From a virus: DNA of 47,259 nucleotides. Under the pieces are notes generated by a model. The model was not told where the DNA came from and did not search any database. It worked only from the letters and a program-made list of their open reading frames with translations. Position numbers and translations under genes: made by a program. The stretch's first letter is position 1; each line of letters starts with the position of its first letter. The stretch is taken from positions 1 through 47,259 of IMG/VR virus record IMGVR_UViG_3300030392_000429. The stretch is one strand, 5' to 3'. Below, piece by piece: positions 8,925 to 16,802 of the stretch.

Positions 8925-9409
8925 TGGTATCGCAGCCCCGGCGCAAATTGCGCAGTGTAGCGTTCACGCGGCCACGTACGCCCAAGAATATCGCGGAATG
9001 AGCATGTTACCTGCACGCTGCTTGCGTTCATTTGAGCGCCCACCACGATCATCGTTAGCGGCTTTTCAGCTGGCGCTTCTGGCTGCGATTCCAAATAGAG
9101 TCGATACGTCAGCGTGATTTGCTCATTTTCCTCGATAGCGTGGTCAAGCACCGCCTGGGCAACGCCTGTTACGTTATCAATCGCGAACGTTAGATTCTGC
9201 TGCCCGCTGGTGTCGCGCTTGGGTAGCGCCACGTCTAGGCCGGACGCTTCAAACGTAACCGTTTCGCTTGTCTCTAGCGTAAACGTCTGATCTTCAAAGC
9301 CTGTGCAGATGCGGATAGGTGTTGCAAACGCAGGGCTTGATAGCTCAATCGTCGGTACCAACACCTCGTTATCAGGTGCGCTCGCATACACTTTGGCTAA
9401 TATGGTCAT
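8921..9409 (-). CDS. Minor/distal tail protein, DUF1833-like
   Basis: 162 aa. YASAPDNEVLVPTIELSSPAF...NLTFAIDNVTG pattern recalled from DUF1833 phage tail proteins. Immediately downstream of the tape measure gene. Confidence 0.65.
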   Translation of the reverse strand: MTILAKVYASAPDNEVLVPTIELSSPAFATPIRICTGFEDQTFTLETSETVTFEASGLDVALPKRDTSGQQNLTFAIDNVTGVAQAVLDHAIEENEQITLTYRLYLESQPEAPAEKPLTMIVVGAQMNASSVQVTCSFRDILGRTWPRERYTAQFAPGLRYQ

Positions 9410-11910
9410 TATCGCCCCTGTCGCTGTAGACCGAACGTTGATTGTAACGCTTTTGCACTCCGTCCGTTGCCTGTCACATCCGCTATAAACACGTCGATAA
9501 ACTGGCGGCCATCGGTCTGACGCTCTACCACTTCGGTGCCTTGCGGCGCGTTATGCACATTAACATAAACCGACGTTTGTGGCGCATTGCTTGCGGCTTG
9601 CCCGCCCATGGCGCGCTGCGAACGGCTGGGGTTGTAGTCGTTAGCGCTACGCCCAATAATGCGCGCCGTGTCAGCGGTGCTTGTGATATTGGCCGGGCCG
9701 TTGACAATCTCCGGCCCGTTCTCGCCTGCGATTCCCCATTGGCCGCTGGGGATTCGCCCGCCTTTGTCGAATAGGCCAGCGAATGCACTCGCAATCCCTG
9801 AGCCGCCGCCGCCGAAAAATCCCAATGAGGCGGTCACTGCCTTGTACGCTAGCCATTGCGCTATCATTTCACCTATTCCCGCGACCACTGAGCGTGTTAA
9901 GCCTTGCATCAATGACTGAAAACCGTCTTTGAATGAGGTCTGTTGCGTCAAAACGTCAGCAAACATGTTGCCGAAGCTGCTGGTGAAATTCTCCGCAAGA
10001 TTGGCGTTTAGCGCATCGAAGTCGCTAAACGCAGACTCAGCGCTCGACAACCATTTCTCGAACGGGTCTTGCTGCTCGCCTTGATCCTGCTGTTCACCAC
10101 GCGGCTCAAAGATACTCGGATAAGCCGCCATTGCGTCATCAAAGCCACCCAGCGATTGAACGGTGTTGCGATAGGCTTCGGCTAGTCGGTTTTGCGCGTC
10201 TGCTTTGTCGTTGATTAACCCGGCCTCTACCGCCTCATCAATCATGGCCGATTGTTCGTTGTATTCGCGTTGCGCTGCGTTTAACGGGTAAAGCTGGTCG
10301 GCTAGCGCCTGTAGTGCTCGCTGACGCTGGTCTGCCGCTTCGGCTGCCCGCTTAGTGGCTTCGGTGTTTTCTTCGGTCGATTCGGTGTTTTCGTCGGTTG
10401 ATTCGGTTGACTCATCCTGCGCTTGATTGCGCGCTGTCCAGCGGCGTATTGTTTCGCGGTTGGCGGTGTTACGGCGCTGTTCGATTTCGAGTAGCTTATT
10501 CTCGGCGTCAGACAGCGCCTGCATGCCCGCTATTTCAGCGCCAACGCTACCGCCCTCAAAACCTAGCACACCGCTGCCACGGTTTTCGCTGCGCAGGTTG
10601 GCTAACTCTTCACGCGCTGCGGCGGCTTTCAGTGTCGCTTGGTCTAGCTCTGCGTTTAGCTCATCTAGGCTGCCTGATAAGTCATCATCCGACATGCCAC
10701 GCAGCTCAGTGCGCAGGTCGGCTATTTGATCTTCGGTTAGTCCGGCTTTTTCGGTAGTCAGCCCCAACTCATCACGAAACGCATAGAGTAAACCGCCCGC
10801 ACCAATGAGCAATCCTAGCCCAGTGGCGCTAGTTAGCGCACGAACAGCAACCGTAATAAGCCCAATCCCGCGCGCTGCACTGGCAGCCGCTGTGGCGGTC
10901 TTGAGCATGGCACCCGCGCCGATAAGTAGCTGCGCAGCCAAGCGTCCACCGTAAAGCGCCGCAACCGCCTTACCGATAGCAACAATGGCATCCATATTTT
11001 CAGACAGCGTGACAATGCTACTACCCAGCGTTCGTACGGCTTCCTTCACTTCCTCGCTTGAGCCAACCCACTCGATTAGATTGGTTCGGGCCACTTCTAG
11101 CTGTTGGCCGAACGTTGCAATACTGGTGGCAAACCGCCCGCTTATTTCATCGCTTGCGCCTTGGAGTGCGTTGACCACGATTTCAGCAGTGATGCCGCCA
11201 GTGGCCGCAAATTCGCGTAGCTCGCCAATGGTTAAATCTAGCGATGCAGCGATGGCGCGCATAATATCGGGCGCTTGCTCGGCCACGCTGTTGAATTCGT
11301 CGCCACGCAGCGCGCCGGATGCCAAGCCTTGGCTAAGCTGTGTAATAGCGGCGCTGGCTTCCTCTGCGGTCGCCCCGGATGTTGCAAACGATTGGTTGAT
11401 GGTTGTAGTGAGCTGTAGCAAATCCTCTTGCGACAGCCCAAGCTCAGTCGTTGATCGGGCAAGTCGGGCGTACAAGTTCGCTGTTGACTCAAAATTAGAG
11501 CGCGTATCGCGGGCCACATTGACAAGCGCTTTTTGCACCGCTGTTAATTGCTCGATGCTGTCAGTCACTTGCCTTAGCTGGTTTTCAGCGTTCTGCCATG
11601 CGTCTGCGTAGCGGATAACTTCTCGCACAGACAGCGCGCCAATTAACCCCTGAATAGCGTTTCGCGCAATGCCCGCCGTTTGCCCAAGCTGGTTATTTTG
11701 ACGACTTAAGCGCTCAGTCTCTTGCCGTACAGCGCGGGTGACGGGGTTAAGGTTGCGGTATGCGCGCTCTTGGCGCTGCGTGGCCTTCGTCGAATCGTCA
11801 AAGCTGCGCTCCATGCGGTCGGTTGAACGGTCAACATCACGCTCCGCCCGCAACAAGCCAGACGTGTCAGCGTCTACGCTGTAGTAAATCCCGCCAACGT
11901 TCTCAGCCAT
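9409..11910 (-). CDS. Tape measure protein
   Basis: 833 aa from ATG 11910 (SD AAGGAG 8 nt upstream; the track GTG start is at 11919). Contains the tape-measure N-terminal motif ITQLSQGLASGALRGDEFNSVAEQAPDIMRAIA, coiled-coil Ala/Gln-rich stretches and hydrophobic Gly-rich blocks. Confidence 0.9.
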   Translation of the reverse strand: MAENVGGIYYSVDADTSGLLRAERDVDRSTDRMERSFDDSTKATQRQERAYRNLNPVTRAVRQETERLSRQNNQLGQTAGIARNAIQGLIGALSVREVIRYADAWQNAENQLRQVTDSIEQLTAVQKALVNVARDTRSNFESTANLYARLARSTTELGLSQEDLLQLTTTINQSFATSGATAEEASAAITQLSQGLASGALRGDEFNSVAEQAPDIMRAIAASLDLTIGELREFAATGGITAEIVVNALQGASDEISGRFATSIATFGQQLEVARTNLIEWVGSSEEVKEAVRTLGSSIVTLSENMDAIVAIGKAVAALYGGRLAAQLLIGAGAMLKTATAAASAARGIGLITVAVRALTSATGLGLLIGAGGLLYAFRDELGLTTEKAGLTEDQIADLRTELRGMSDDDLSGSLDELNAELDQATLKAAAAREELANLRSENRGSGVLGFEGGSVGAEIAGMQALSDAENKLLEIEQRRNTANRETIRRWTARNQAQDESTESTDENTESTEENTEATKRAAEAADQRQRALQALADQLYPLNAAQREYNEQSAMIDEAVEAGLINDKADAQNRLAEAYRNTVQSLGGFDDAMAAYPSIFEPRGEQQDQGEQQDPFEKWLSSAESAFSDFDALNANLAENFTSSFGNMFADVLTQQTSFKDGFQSLMQGLTRSVVAGIGEMIAQWLAYKAVTASLGFFGGGGSGIASAFAGLFDKGGRIPSGQWGIAGENGPEIVNGPANITSTADTARIIGRSANDYNPSRSQRAMGGQAASNAPQTSVYVNVHNAPQGTEVVERQTDGRQFIDVFIADVTGNGRSAKALQSTFGLQRQGR

Positions 11911-12496
11911 TCGCCTCACTCCTTAATTGTGCCGCTTTTTCGCGGATGCGCTTCACGGTATCGACCGCCGTGCGGTATTCTTCTTTTGTGGGCAGGTCTT
12001 GTACCATATCGGGATGTTTGACCATCATGGCTCTCTGCAATTCGTGCATCGTCATATTCCAGGCGTCGTCTCTCGCAAGACCAAGATGCACCATTGCCAC
12101 GCTAGCGAATTCAGCCGGATTAAATTTTCGAGGCGGCTTATCACTCGGCTTGATTCGTTTAGCGTCCTTCGTGTCGCCTACCATGCCGTTGATCAAGCAT
12201 CGAGCGCCTAGCACGTATACATCTTCCCATGGTAAGCGTTTTTGCACGTAACGTAGCTTACCGCCCACGTCGCGGTAAAATCCGATCACATCGCTAACAG
12301 ATTCATCATCACAGCACGCAGCCAGGGCAGCCAGTGCCGCTGCAAAACCGCCTTTGGTGGCGCGCTGCACACGGTCAAGCATCGCGGCTAGCTCGTCGGG
12401 CGTACCCAATGATGCAAGCGCACGAAAACTGGGGCGGAACGTGTATTCCACCCCATCGACGGTAACGCCAAACTCACCCGCCGCGATGTTCGCCAT
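11903..12496 (-). CDS. Putative tail assembly chaperone
   Basis: 197 aa. It is the only ORF between the major tail and tape measure genes. Its 3' end overlaps the TMP start by 8 nt. No slippery site or -1 extension seen. Confidence 0.5.
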   Translation of the reverse strand: MANIAAGEFGVTVDGVEYTFRPSFRALASLGTPDELAAMLDRVQRATKGGFAAALAALAACCDDESVSDVIGFYRDVGGKLRYVQKRLPWEDVYVLGARCLINGMVGDTKDAKRIKPSDKPPRKFNPAEFASVAMVHLGLARDDAWNMTMHELQRAMMVKHPDMVQDLPTKEEYRTAVDTVKRIREKAAQLRSEANG

Positions 12497-12497
12497 G

Positions 12498-12986
12498 TTA
12501 CGCCGGAATGATGACGGTGCTGGTGGTGCCGTTGCCAGTCAATCGGCCCTCAATCGTAAACGTGGCCTCAGCATCATAAGACCGGTCTTTGTTGAACGTG
12601 GTGAATAGTGCTGGCGCTTCAATGACCAGCATTTCAGTAGAGCTCGACGGGTCGCTGAAACGCAGCCAGCCGGATGGTTGACCGCCATCCGGGTTGCGTA
12701 CATGCAAGTAAAGCTCTTCTTGGTTTTTCGTTTCGTCAACACTGGATACGCCATCAAACGAAAACGTTTCGTTTTTGTACGTCACCAATGACTCGCGAAT
12801 ATTCCCCGTGCTGCAAGATGACGTGGTGTCCACTTCATCCCACGCCAAGCTCAGCGACTTAGACCGCGTGCAGCCCAGCAGCTTCCAGTCAGCCTCGATT
12901 GGGGTTGTTTGCGGGGGTAGGATTGCAAACTCAACGACTGTATCACGCCCTACGAAAGCGCCAGTCGGGGAAAGCGTAATAGCCAT
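12498..12986 (-). CDS. Major tail (tube) protein
   Basis: 162 aa from ATG 12986 (SD AAGGAGAA). Thr/Ser-rich beta-type sequence. Position immediately upstream of chaperone and TMP. Confidence 0.7.
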   Translation of the reverse strand: MAITLSPTGAFVGRDTVVEFAILPPQTTPIEADWKLLGCTRSKSLSLAWDEVDTTSSCSTGNIRESLVTYKNETFSFDGVSSVDETKNQEELYLHVRNPDGGQPSGWLRFSDPSSSTEMLVIEAPALFTTFNKDRSYDAEATFTIEGRLTGNGTTSTVIIPA

Positions 12987-13049
12987 GCTTTTCTCCTTTG
13001 CCCTTTTCGGGCGTGTGCCCATGCGGGCGTTGTGGGCAAAATGCCCGGT

Positions 13050-13433
13050 TTACTGATCGTCAGTTAAGCACTGAACGTTTAGCTGAAAAACCCCACGGCC
13101 ATCTTCGGTGTAGAGTGGGCCAGTGATGCCGCCCAGGGGTTCGTAATGTTTGATGCCCGGCGACTTATAGTTACCACGCAAGTAGCGCAAAATGTCGTGC
13201 ATGCGCGTTTCTGAATCATCTATATCGAGATGATTGGCGCTGACCAGTATGAGCAGCACTTGCGGGCGCTGCACAAGATAATCAGACGTTCCGCCGGGGC
13301 CGGGTCGGCGAAGCACAAACATGGGGCGACCATCCCTTCGGGCATCATTCCACTTGTAATACTGCACATCAAAACCAGCCAGCAAGCTAGCAGCGTCTAA
13401 ATGGTCGCGCACGTTGATTAGAAAGTTGCTCAT
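13050..13433 (-). CDS. Putative tail terminator / tail completion protein
   Basis: 127 aa. Position between the HK97 gp10-like protein and the major tail gene. ATGA-type overlap at 13430-13433. Confidence 0.45.
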   Translation of the reverse strand: MSNFLINVRDHLDAASLLAGFDVQYYKWNDARRDGRPMFVLRRPGPGGTSDYLVQRPQVLLILVSANHLDIDDSETRMHDILRYLRGNYKSPGIKHYEPLGGITGPLYTEDGRGVFQLNVQCLTDDQ

Positions 13434-13837
13434 ACGCGATAGCCTTGTTTGATAATGGCTTGAATTTCGCTTGCGCCATCGCGCTCGAAACCTTTAACTA
13501 GGAATTGAGGTTCGGCGTTGGGATCCCATACGTTGCCGTCCGTTTTTGGATGGCGCGGCGTTTGCGTGCCCAATAAAACGCCTTTGGCGTTATGCACGTA
13601 CTCGGCATAGCTCTCGCCGAATCCCATACGGCCTTCGTAGCCATTGGCGGTTTTCTTTACGTCACGGTACTGGCTGTTGATTAAGTTGCTGGTCGCCACT
13701 GGCGTTAGCGCGCTGGCGTACTTACCGCCCGCAATCAATACCTGCGTGACGGTTTTCTCGGTCATGCCGCCGCCAATTTCGCCAACCTTCTTGGCGAAAT
13801 TCTTGCGAACGGTGTCAACGCCAGCGAGCTTGCTCAT
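13430..13837 (-). CDS. HK97 gp10-like neck / head-tail joining protein
   Basis: 135 aa. ALTPVATSNLINSQY...GRMGFGESYAEYVHNAKG resembles the HK97 gp10 family pattern (P..TG.L..S ... YA..VE.G). Confidence 0.6.
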   Translation of the reverse strand: MSKLAGVDTVRKNFAKKVGEIGGGMTEKTVTQVLIAGGKYASALTPVATSNLINSQYRDVKKTANGYEGRMGFGESYAEYVHNAKGVLLGTQTPRHPKTDGNVWDPNAEPQFLVKGFERDGASEIQAIIKQGYRV

Positions 13838-14167
13838 TTAAACCCTGATGACGGCCACGGTGACGCTGGTAACAGCGTCGTATGTGACGCTGACAGGCAT
13901 GGTTCCCTTCTCGGTAAACACGCCGCTAAACGGGCCAATCATGCGCGACTCGCCCGCCGGGATGGTTACGTCTACGTCACTTGGCGCGACACCCGGCTCA
14001 GCATTAAACGTAGATACCACTGTCACGGTGTGTGGGCTGACGTCATCGTTGATAACGTGAAGAAACACGCCATTGCCTGCGTCAAATTCATCGCCTGCCA
14101 CGTCTGCGGCTGCATAGGTAGGGTTTAATCCGGTCACTACAGTTTGCTGCGCGTTAAGAGTTGCCAT
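13838..14167 (-). CDS. Hypothetical small beta-rich protein (109 aa), probable virion component by position
   Basis: ORF with SD GGAGG and its own TGCTAAAAT element upstream. Abuts the gp10-like gene. No motif recognised. Confidence 0.55.
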   Translation of the reverse strand: MATLNAQQTVVTGLNPTYAAADVAGDEFDAGNGVFLHVINDDVSPHTVTVVSTFNAEPGVAPSDVDVTIPAGESRMIGPFSGVFTEKGTMPVSVTYDAVTSVTVAVIRV

Positions 14168-14195
14168 GCTATAGCCTCCATTAATTGATGGCTTG

Positions 14196-14204
14196 ATTTT
14201 AGCA
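14196..14204 (-). promoter_or_regulatory. Extended -10-like element TGCTAAAAT
   Basis: Reverse complement of attttagca, 29 nt upstream of ATG 14167. Confidence 0.45.
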
Positions 14205-14223
14205 GTATTTCGCTATGATTGCA

Positions 14224-14403
14224 TTACTCTATCCACCTCTGCACCCCGCCATGATGCGAGCATGTGCCGCGCCTAGATTGCGACACTGAATAAGCGCCGC
14301 TCTGACAAATAGCGGTAGCGCCGCCAACAATAATAGGCTCGCCAGGGTATATTAACCACCCCAACGCCGCTATCACCGCGCCCATCGCCGCCCACTGAAT
14401 CAT
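14224..14403 (-). CDS. Small membrane protein with DUF3761-like C-terminus (59 aa)
   Basis: MIQWAAMGAVIAALGWLIY (TM), then CQSGAYSVSQSRRGTCSHHGGVQRW (DUF3761-type C..G.YS.S..RRG.CS.HGGV..W). The ATG at 14403 overlaps the upstream stop as ATGA. Confidence 0.6.
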   Translation of the reverse strand: MIQWAAMGAVIAALGWLIYPGEPIIVGGATAICQSGAYSVSQSRRGTCSHHGGVQRWIE

Positions 14404-14765
14404 GGCACTATTCGCGTATGATATTGCACGCGCATTGGCGCATCGTGCTGCACGGCATCGACAGGCAGCGCTTTTGCCTCGCCTATCCACCCTAGCGCAA
14501 TCAGCGTGCCAATGGCAGCGAGTCCAAACGACAACCACTTAAGCCGATTCTGCCGTGTCTGAGCGTCTAGCAGTCTCGCCTCAGCAGCCCCTTGTGCTTT
14601 TGCGCGGTCGTCTTTTAGCGAGCCAATCGCGGCCATCACTTCTTTATGGTGCGTATCCATGCGGGTAGACAGGTCGGTGATGCGGTCGGTTTGCGTCCGA
14701 TAACCGTCCTCTAGCGCATCAATTCTCCACTCTGCCCGCATTAGTCGCGTTTGCATATCGTCCAT
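14400..14765 (-). CDS. Coiled-coil protein with C-terminal TM segment (XhlA-like topology)
   Basis: 121 aa. The N-terminal heptad-like region is followed by LKWLSFGLAAIGTLIALGWIG. Only the topology resembles XhlA/DUF1515-type phage membrane proteins. Confidence 0.55.
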   Translation of the reverse strand: MDDMQTRLMRAEWRIDALEDGYRTQTDRITDLSTRMDTHHKEVMAAIGSLKDDRAKAQGAAEARLLDAQTRQNRLKWLSFGLAAIGTLIALGWIGEAKALPVDAVQHDAPMRVQYHTRIVP

Positions 14766-14773
14766 AACCGCCC

Positions 14774-15139
14774 TTATGTCATCAATTCCCAGTCAGGCAG
14801 TCCGCCCGGCTCGAGTTCATCTATCGGCCACCAGCGGATGGCGCGGATACGCTCAGCATCAAGCGGCGGGGAAGACAGCGCGGTGTGGTCGCCTAGCTTG
14901 ATATACCACTCTCGCTCGGGGATGAGTGCGCTATCGGGCTCAGCCTCAAACCGGAATGTCTGGCTAGGCACGAACTCTGTTCCGTTGGCGTCTCGGGCTA
15001 CATCGCCGCCGCCTTCGTAGCCAACGCGGGGGATAATGTAGGGAGGCGCACCGATAGGCTGGCCCCAATCGTCCGTACCACCCGTTGGCCAGACGGTGGC
15101 AGGCCCATGCTCGTATGACCAACTCGCTATTCGCGACAT
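14774..15139 (-). CDS. Hypothetical protein, possible head-tail joining component by position
   Basis: 121-aa ORF whose ATG directly follows a hairpin plus T-run. No family motif recognised with confidence. Confidence 0.5.
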   Translation of the reverse strand: MSRIASWSYEHGPATVWPTGGTDDWGQPIGAPPYIIPRVGYEGGGDVARDANGTEFVPSQTFRFEAEPDSALIPEREWYIKLGDHTALSSPPLDAERIRAIRWWPIDELEPGGLPDWELMT

Positions 15140-15177
15140 AAAAAAGCCCCATAAAAGATATAGGGCTTATTGTAGCA
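15140..15177 (-). promoter_or_regulatory. TGCTACAAT extended -10 fused to hairpin/T-run that contains the SD of the next gene
   Basis: Minus strand reads TGCTACAAT-AAGCCC-tatatcttttat-GGGGCTT-TTTT-ATG. Confidence 0.45.
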
Positions 15178-15200
15178 TAGGGCGGTGGGGTGTGTTATGG

Positions 15201-15458
15201 CTAAGCGGCTAGCTCCACCTGCTTAACCCGCCGATAGTACGCCTTGCCTTTGCACAGCAGGTAGATAGCATCCACCACAAGCAGGCCAGTGACAATAAGC
15301 GGCACACCAACCAGCAGCGCTACCACCGATAGCGCAATCTACATAAGACCAAGGCCAGTATGGTTAAGATAAAAACGGTGTACGCCTAGGCCGCCCAGTA
15401 GTAGGCACCAAACGACAGCCCATATCTTTGATTTGTGCGTTACGATTTTGTGGGTCAT
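15201..15458 (-). pseudogene. TM2-domain membrane protein interrupted by an in-frame TAG (15339-15341)
   Basis: MTHKIVTHKSKIWAVVWCLLLGGLGVHRFYLNHTGLGLM-TAG-IALSVVALLVGVPLIVTGLLVVDAIYLLCKGKAYYRRVKQVELAA. The second TM2 helix continues in the same frame after the stop. Confidence 0.7.
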
Positions 15459-16099
15459 TGTGTTTTCTCCGGTGTCGGTAGTTCGCCGCTGGCTAGGGCG
15501 TCGTATAGCTCGCCGCAAAAGTCTTTCCGGCTTAGCATCCCTGCGCATGGGTCGCAATCAAGGCTTAATGCTTTCTCAACCCACCGCTCGCGGGGCGTGG
15601 GGATGGGGCGAATACCGCCGCCGATAGCCCACTTATAAGCATGGTCGGCAGTGGATGGATCACGATAAATAATGCCACCATCGTCATGAGCAACGACCTC
15701 AACTTGTAGCCAGTCGTTATCGTTACGACGCGCTTCTACTTTTGATCCCACCGGCGGCAGCCCCACGCCATCCCACCCGCTCGGCTCCTCGCTGGCGGGC
15801 TGGTCGAAGATGGGGCGGTAGGCCACTACCGGATCAGATAGTCCTCGCCAATGTGCGCCAAAAGTTTGCGGCATACTGCCGTTAAAAAACGAACCGCTCT
15901 TGTGTTTTGTTTTATATGAGCAATCATCTGGCAACGGACACTCCCCGCCCTTCCACTCAATCCACCCATCTGCGTCGGCTTGGATGTAATCCCATCCTTT
16001 ACCAAGGTTTGGATTGCGGCACGGAAGTCGCATTCCACCCGAATACCGCTCTTCAACCACCCGATGTTCTTTAGTTAGCCTATTCACTGCATAAATCAT
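15455..16099 (-). CDS. Hypothetical protein (214 aa)
   Basis: ORF with ATGA overlaps at both ends. GWIEWKGGECPLP and GLPPVGSKVE segments recur in enterobacterial phage proteins of unknown function. Confidence 0.65.
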   Translation of the reverse strand: MIYAVNRLTKEHRVVEERYSGGMRLPCRNPNLGKGWDYIQADADGWIEWKGGECPLPDDCSYKTKHKSGSFFNGSMPQTFGAHWRGLSDPVVAYRPIFDQPASEEPSGWDGVGLPPVGSKVEARRNDNDWLQVEVVAHDDGGIIYRDPSTADHAYKWAIGGGIRPIPTPRERWVEKALSLDCDPCAGMLSRKDFCGELYDALASGELPTPEKTQ

Positions 16100-16302
16100 G
16101 GTTGATTCTCCTCATTCCAAATAACACGAAACAGCGTCTGTTCCGCAAAATTGGCTGCCGTATCGCCCGTTGCAATGCCAATCAGCCGTGATTTATCAAT
16201 TCCCGTGCGCTCGCTCAGTGCGGGCCATGTGCTGCGCTGCTTGAGCGCAATCAGTAATGCGCGGGCGCGTGCTTCGTCGTGGTGGTGTTGGGCGTGGGTC
16301 AT
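16096..16302 (-). CDS. Small putative HTH protein (68 aa)
   Basis: Start ATG 16302 (ATGA overlap with the upstream gene). ALSERTGIDKSRLIGIATGD looks like a helix-turn-helix. Confidence 0.55.
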   Translation of the reverse strand: MTHAQHHHDEARARALLIALKQRSTWPALSERTGIDKSRLIGIATGDTAANFAEQTLFRVIWNEENQP

Positions 16303-16541
16303 TTCTGAGTGCCTGCTGTAATAGCAATGCTGACAGGCTGGCATGCCATTAGGCGGACGCACTCGTTTTGATAGTGCTGTGAATTATTGGATAATGCGAT
16401 AACCATCATTTCAAGGCACTGTTCGTAACTCATGCCTGCGCGCTGCGCTTGAAAAGCACGATGAACTTCCGGCATGGCTCTCTCAAGGTAGCGCACGCAT
16501 TCAGTAGTGCCTAGCTGCTGGACTTGTTCGGGCGTGATCAT
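16299..16541 (-). CDS. Hypothetical protein (80 aa)
   Basis: ORF in an operon with its neighbours. No motif recognised. Confidence 0.55.
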   Translation of the reverse strand: MITPEQVQQLGTTECVRYLERAMPEVHRAFQAQRAGMSYEQCLEMMVIALSNNSQHYQNECVRLMACQPVSIAITAGTQK

Positions 16542-16551
16542 TTCTTTATCC

Positions 16552-16782
16552 TCAGCAAATCAGCCTAGCCTTTCTTATTGCGTCAGCAATCGACACTTTG
16601 ACGTCATGATCTACTTTCCCATTAACACTGCTCCAATCTGGTAGCCTGATTGACGCCCGATAACCAACATTCCCAACAGGACGATCAATTTCCAGTTTGC
16701 CTAGAAATTCTGCTTGCGCCCACAAGCTGTCCAGCGTGCTGCTTTGCTCTGCTGCGTATCCAATGACTGTCAAATTATTCAT
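16552..16782 (-). CDS. Hypothetical protein (76 aa), first gene of accessory operon
   Basis: ATG 16782 with SD AAGGAG 7 nt upstream. The longer track ORF (to 16896, TTG) would run through regulatory motif A. Confidence 0.6.
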   Translation of the reverse strand: MNNLTVIGYAAEQSSTLDSLWAQAEFLGKLEIDRPVGNVGYRASIRLPDWSSVNGKVDHDVKVSIADAIRKARLIC

Positions 16783-16802
16783 ATCGATGCTCCTTGTTAT
16801 CA

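Noticed and set aside
10360-10413. Tandem 21-nt repeats (ttcggtgttttc[t/g]tcggt[c/t]ga x2.5)
   Set aside because: They lie inside the tape measure gene and encode the acidic STESTDENTESTEENTEAT stretch. This is ordinary TMP low-complexity repetition, not a CRISPR array or a regulatory repeat.
11903-12496. Programmed -1 frameshift (G/GT-type) in the tail assembly chaperone gene
   Set aside because: One ORF fills the whole interval between the major tail and TMP genes. No alternative-frame minus-strand extension of useful length exists, and no X XXY YYZ site in the right frame was seen. This is absence of evidence only.
15339-15341. Genome-wide TAG-to-Gln recoding (alternative genetic code) as the explanation for the in-frame amber
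   Set aside because: TAG terminates well-supported genes (the 33410 primase-helicase, 28784, 865..1227 and 5366). The long structural ORFs (833-910 aa) are uninterrupted under the standard code. No suppressor tRNA was seen.
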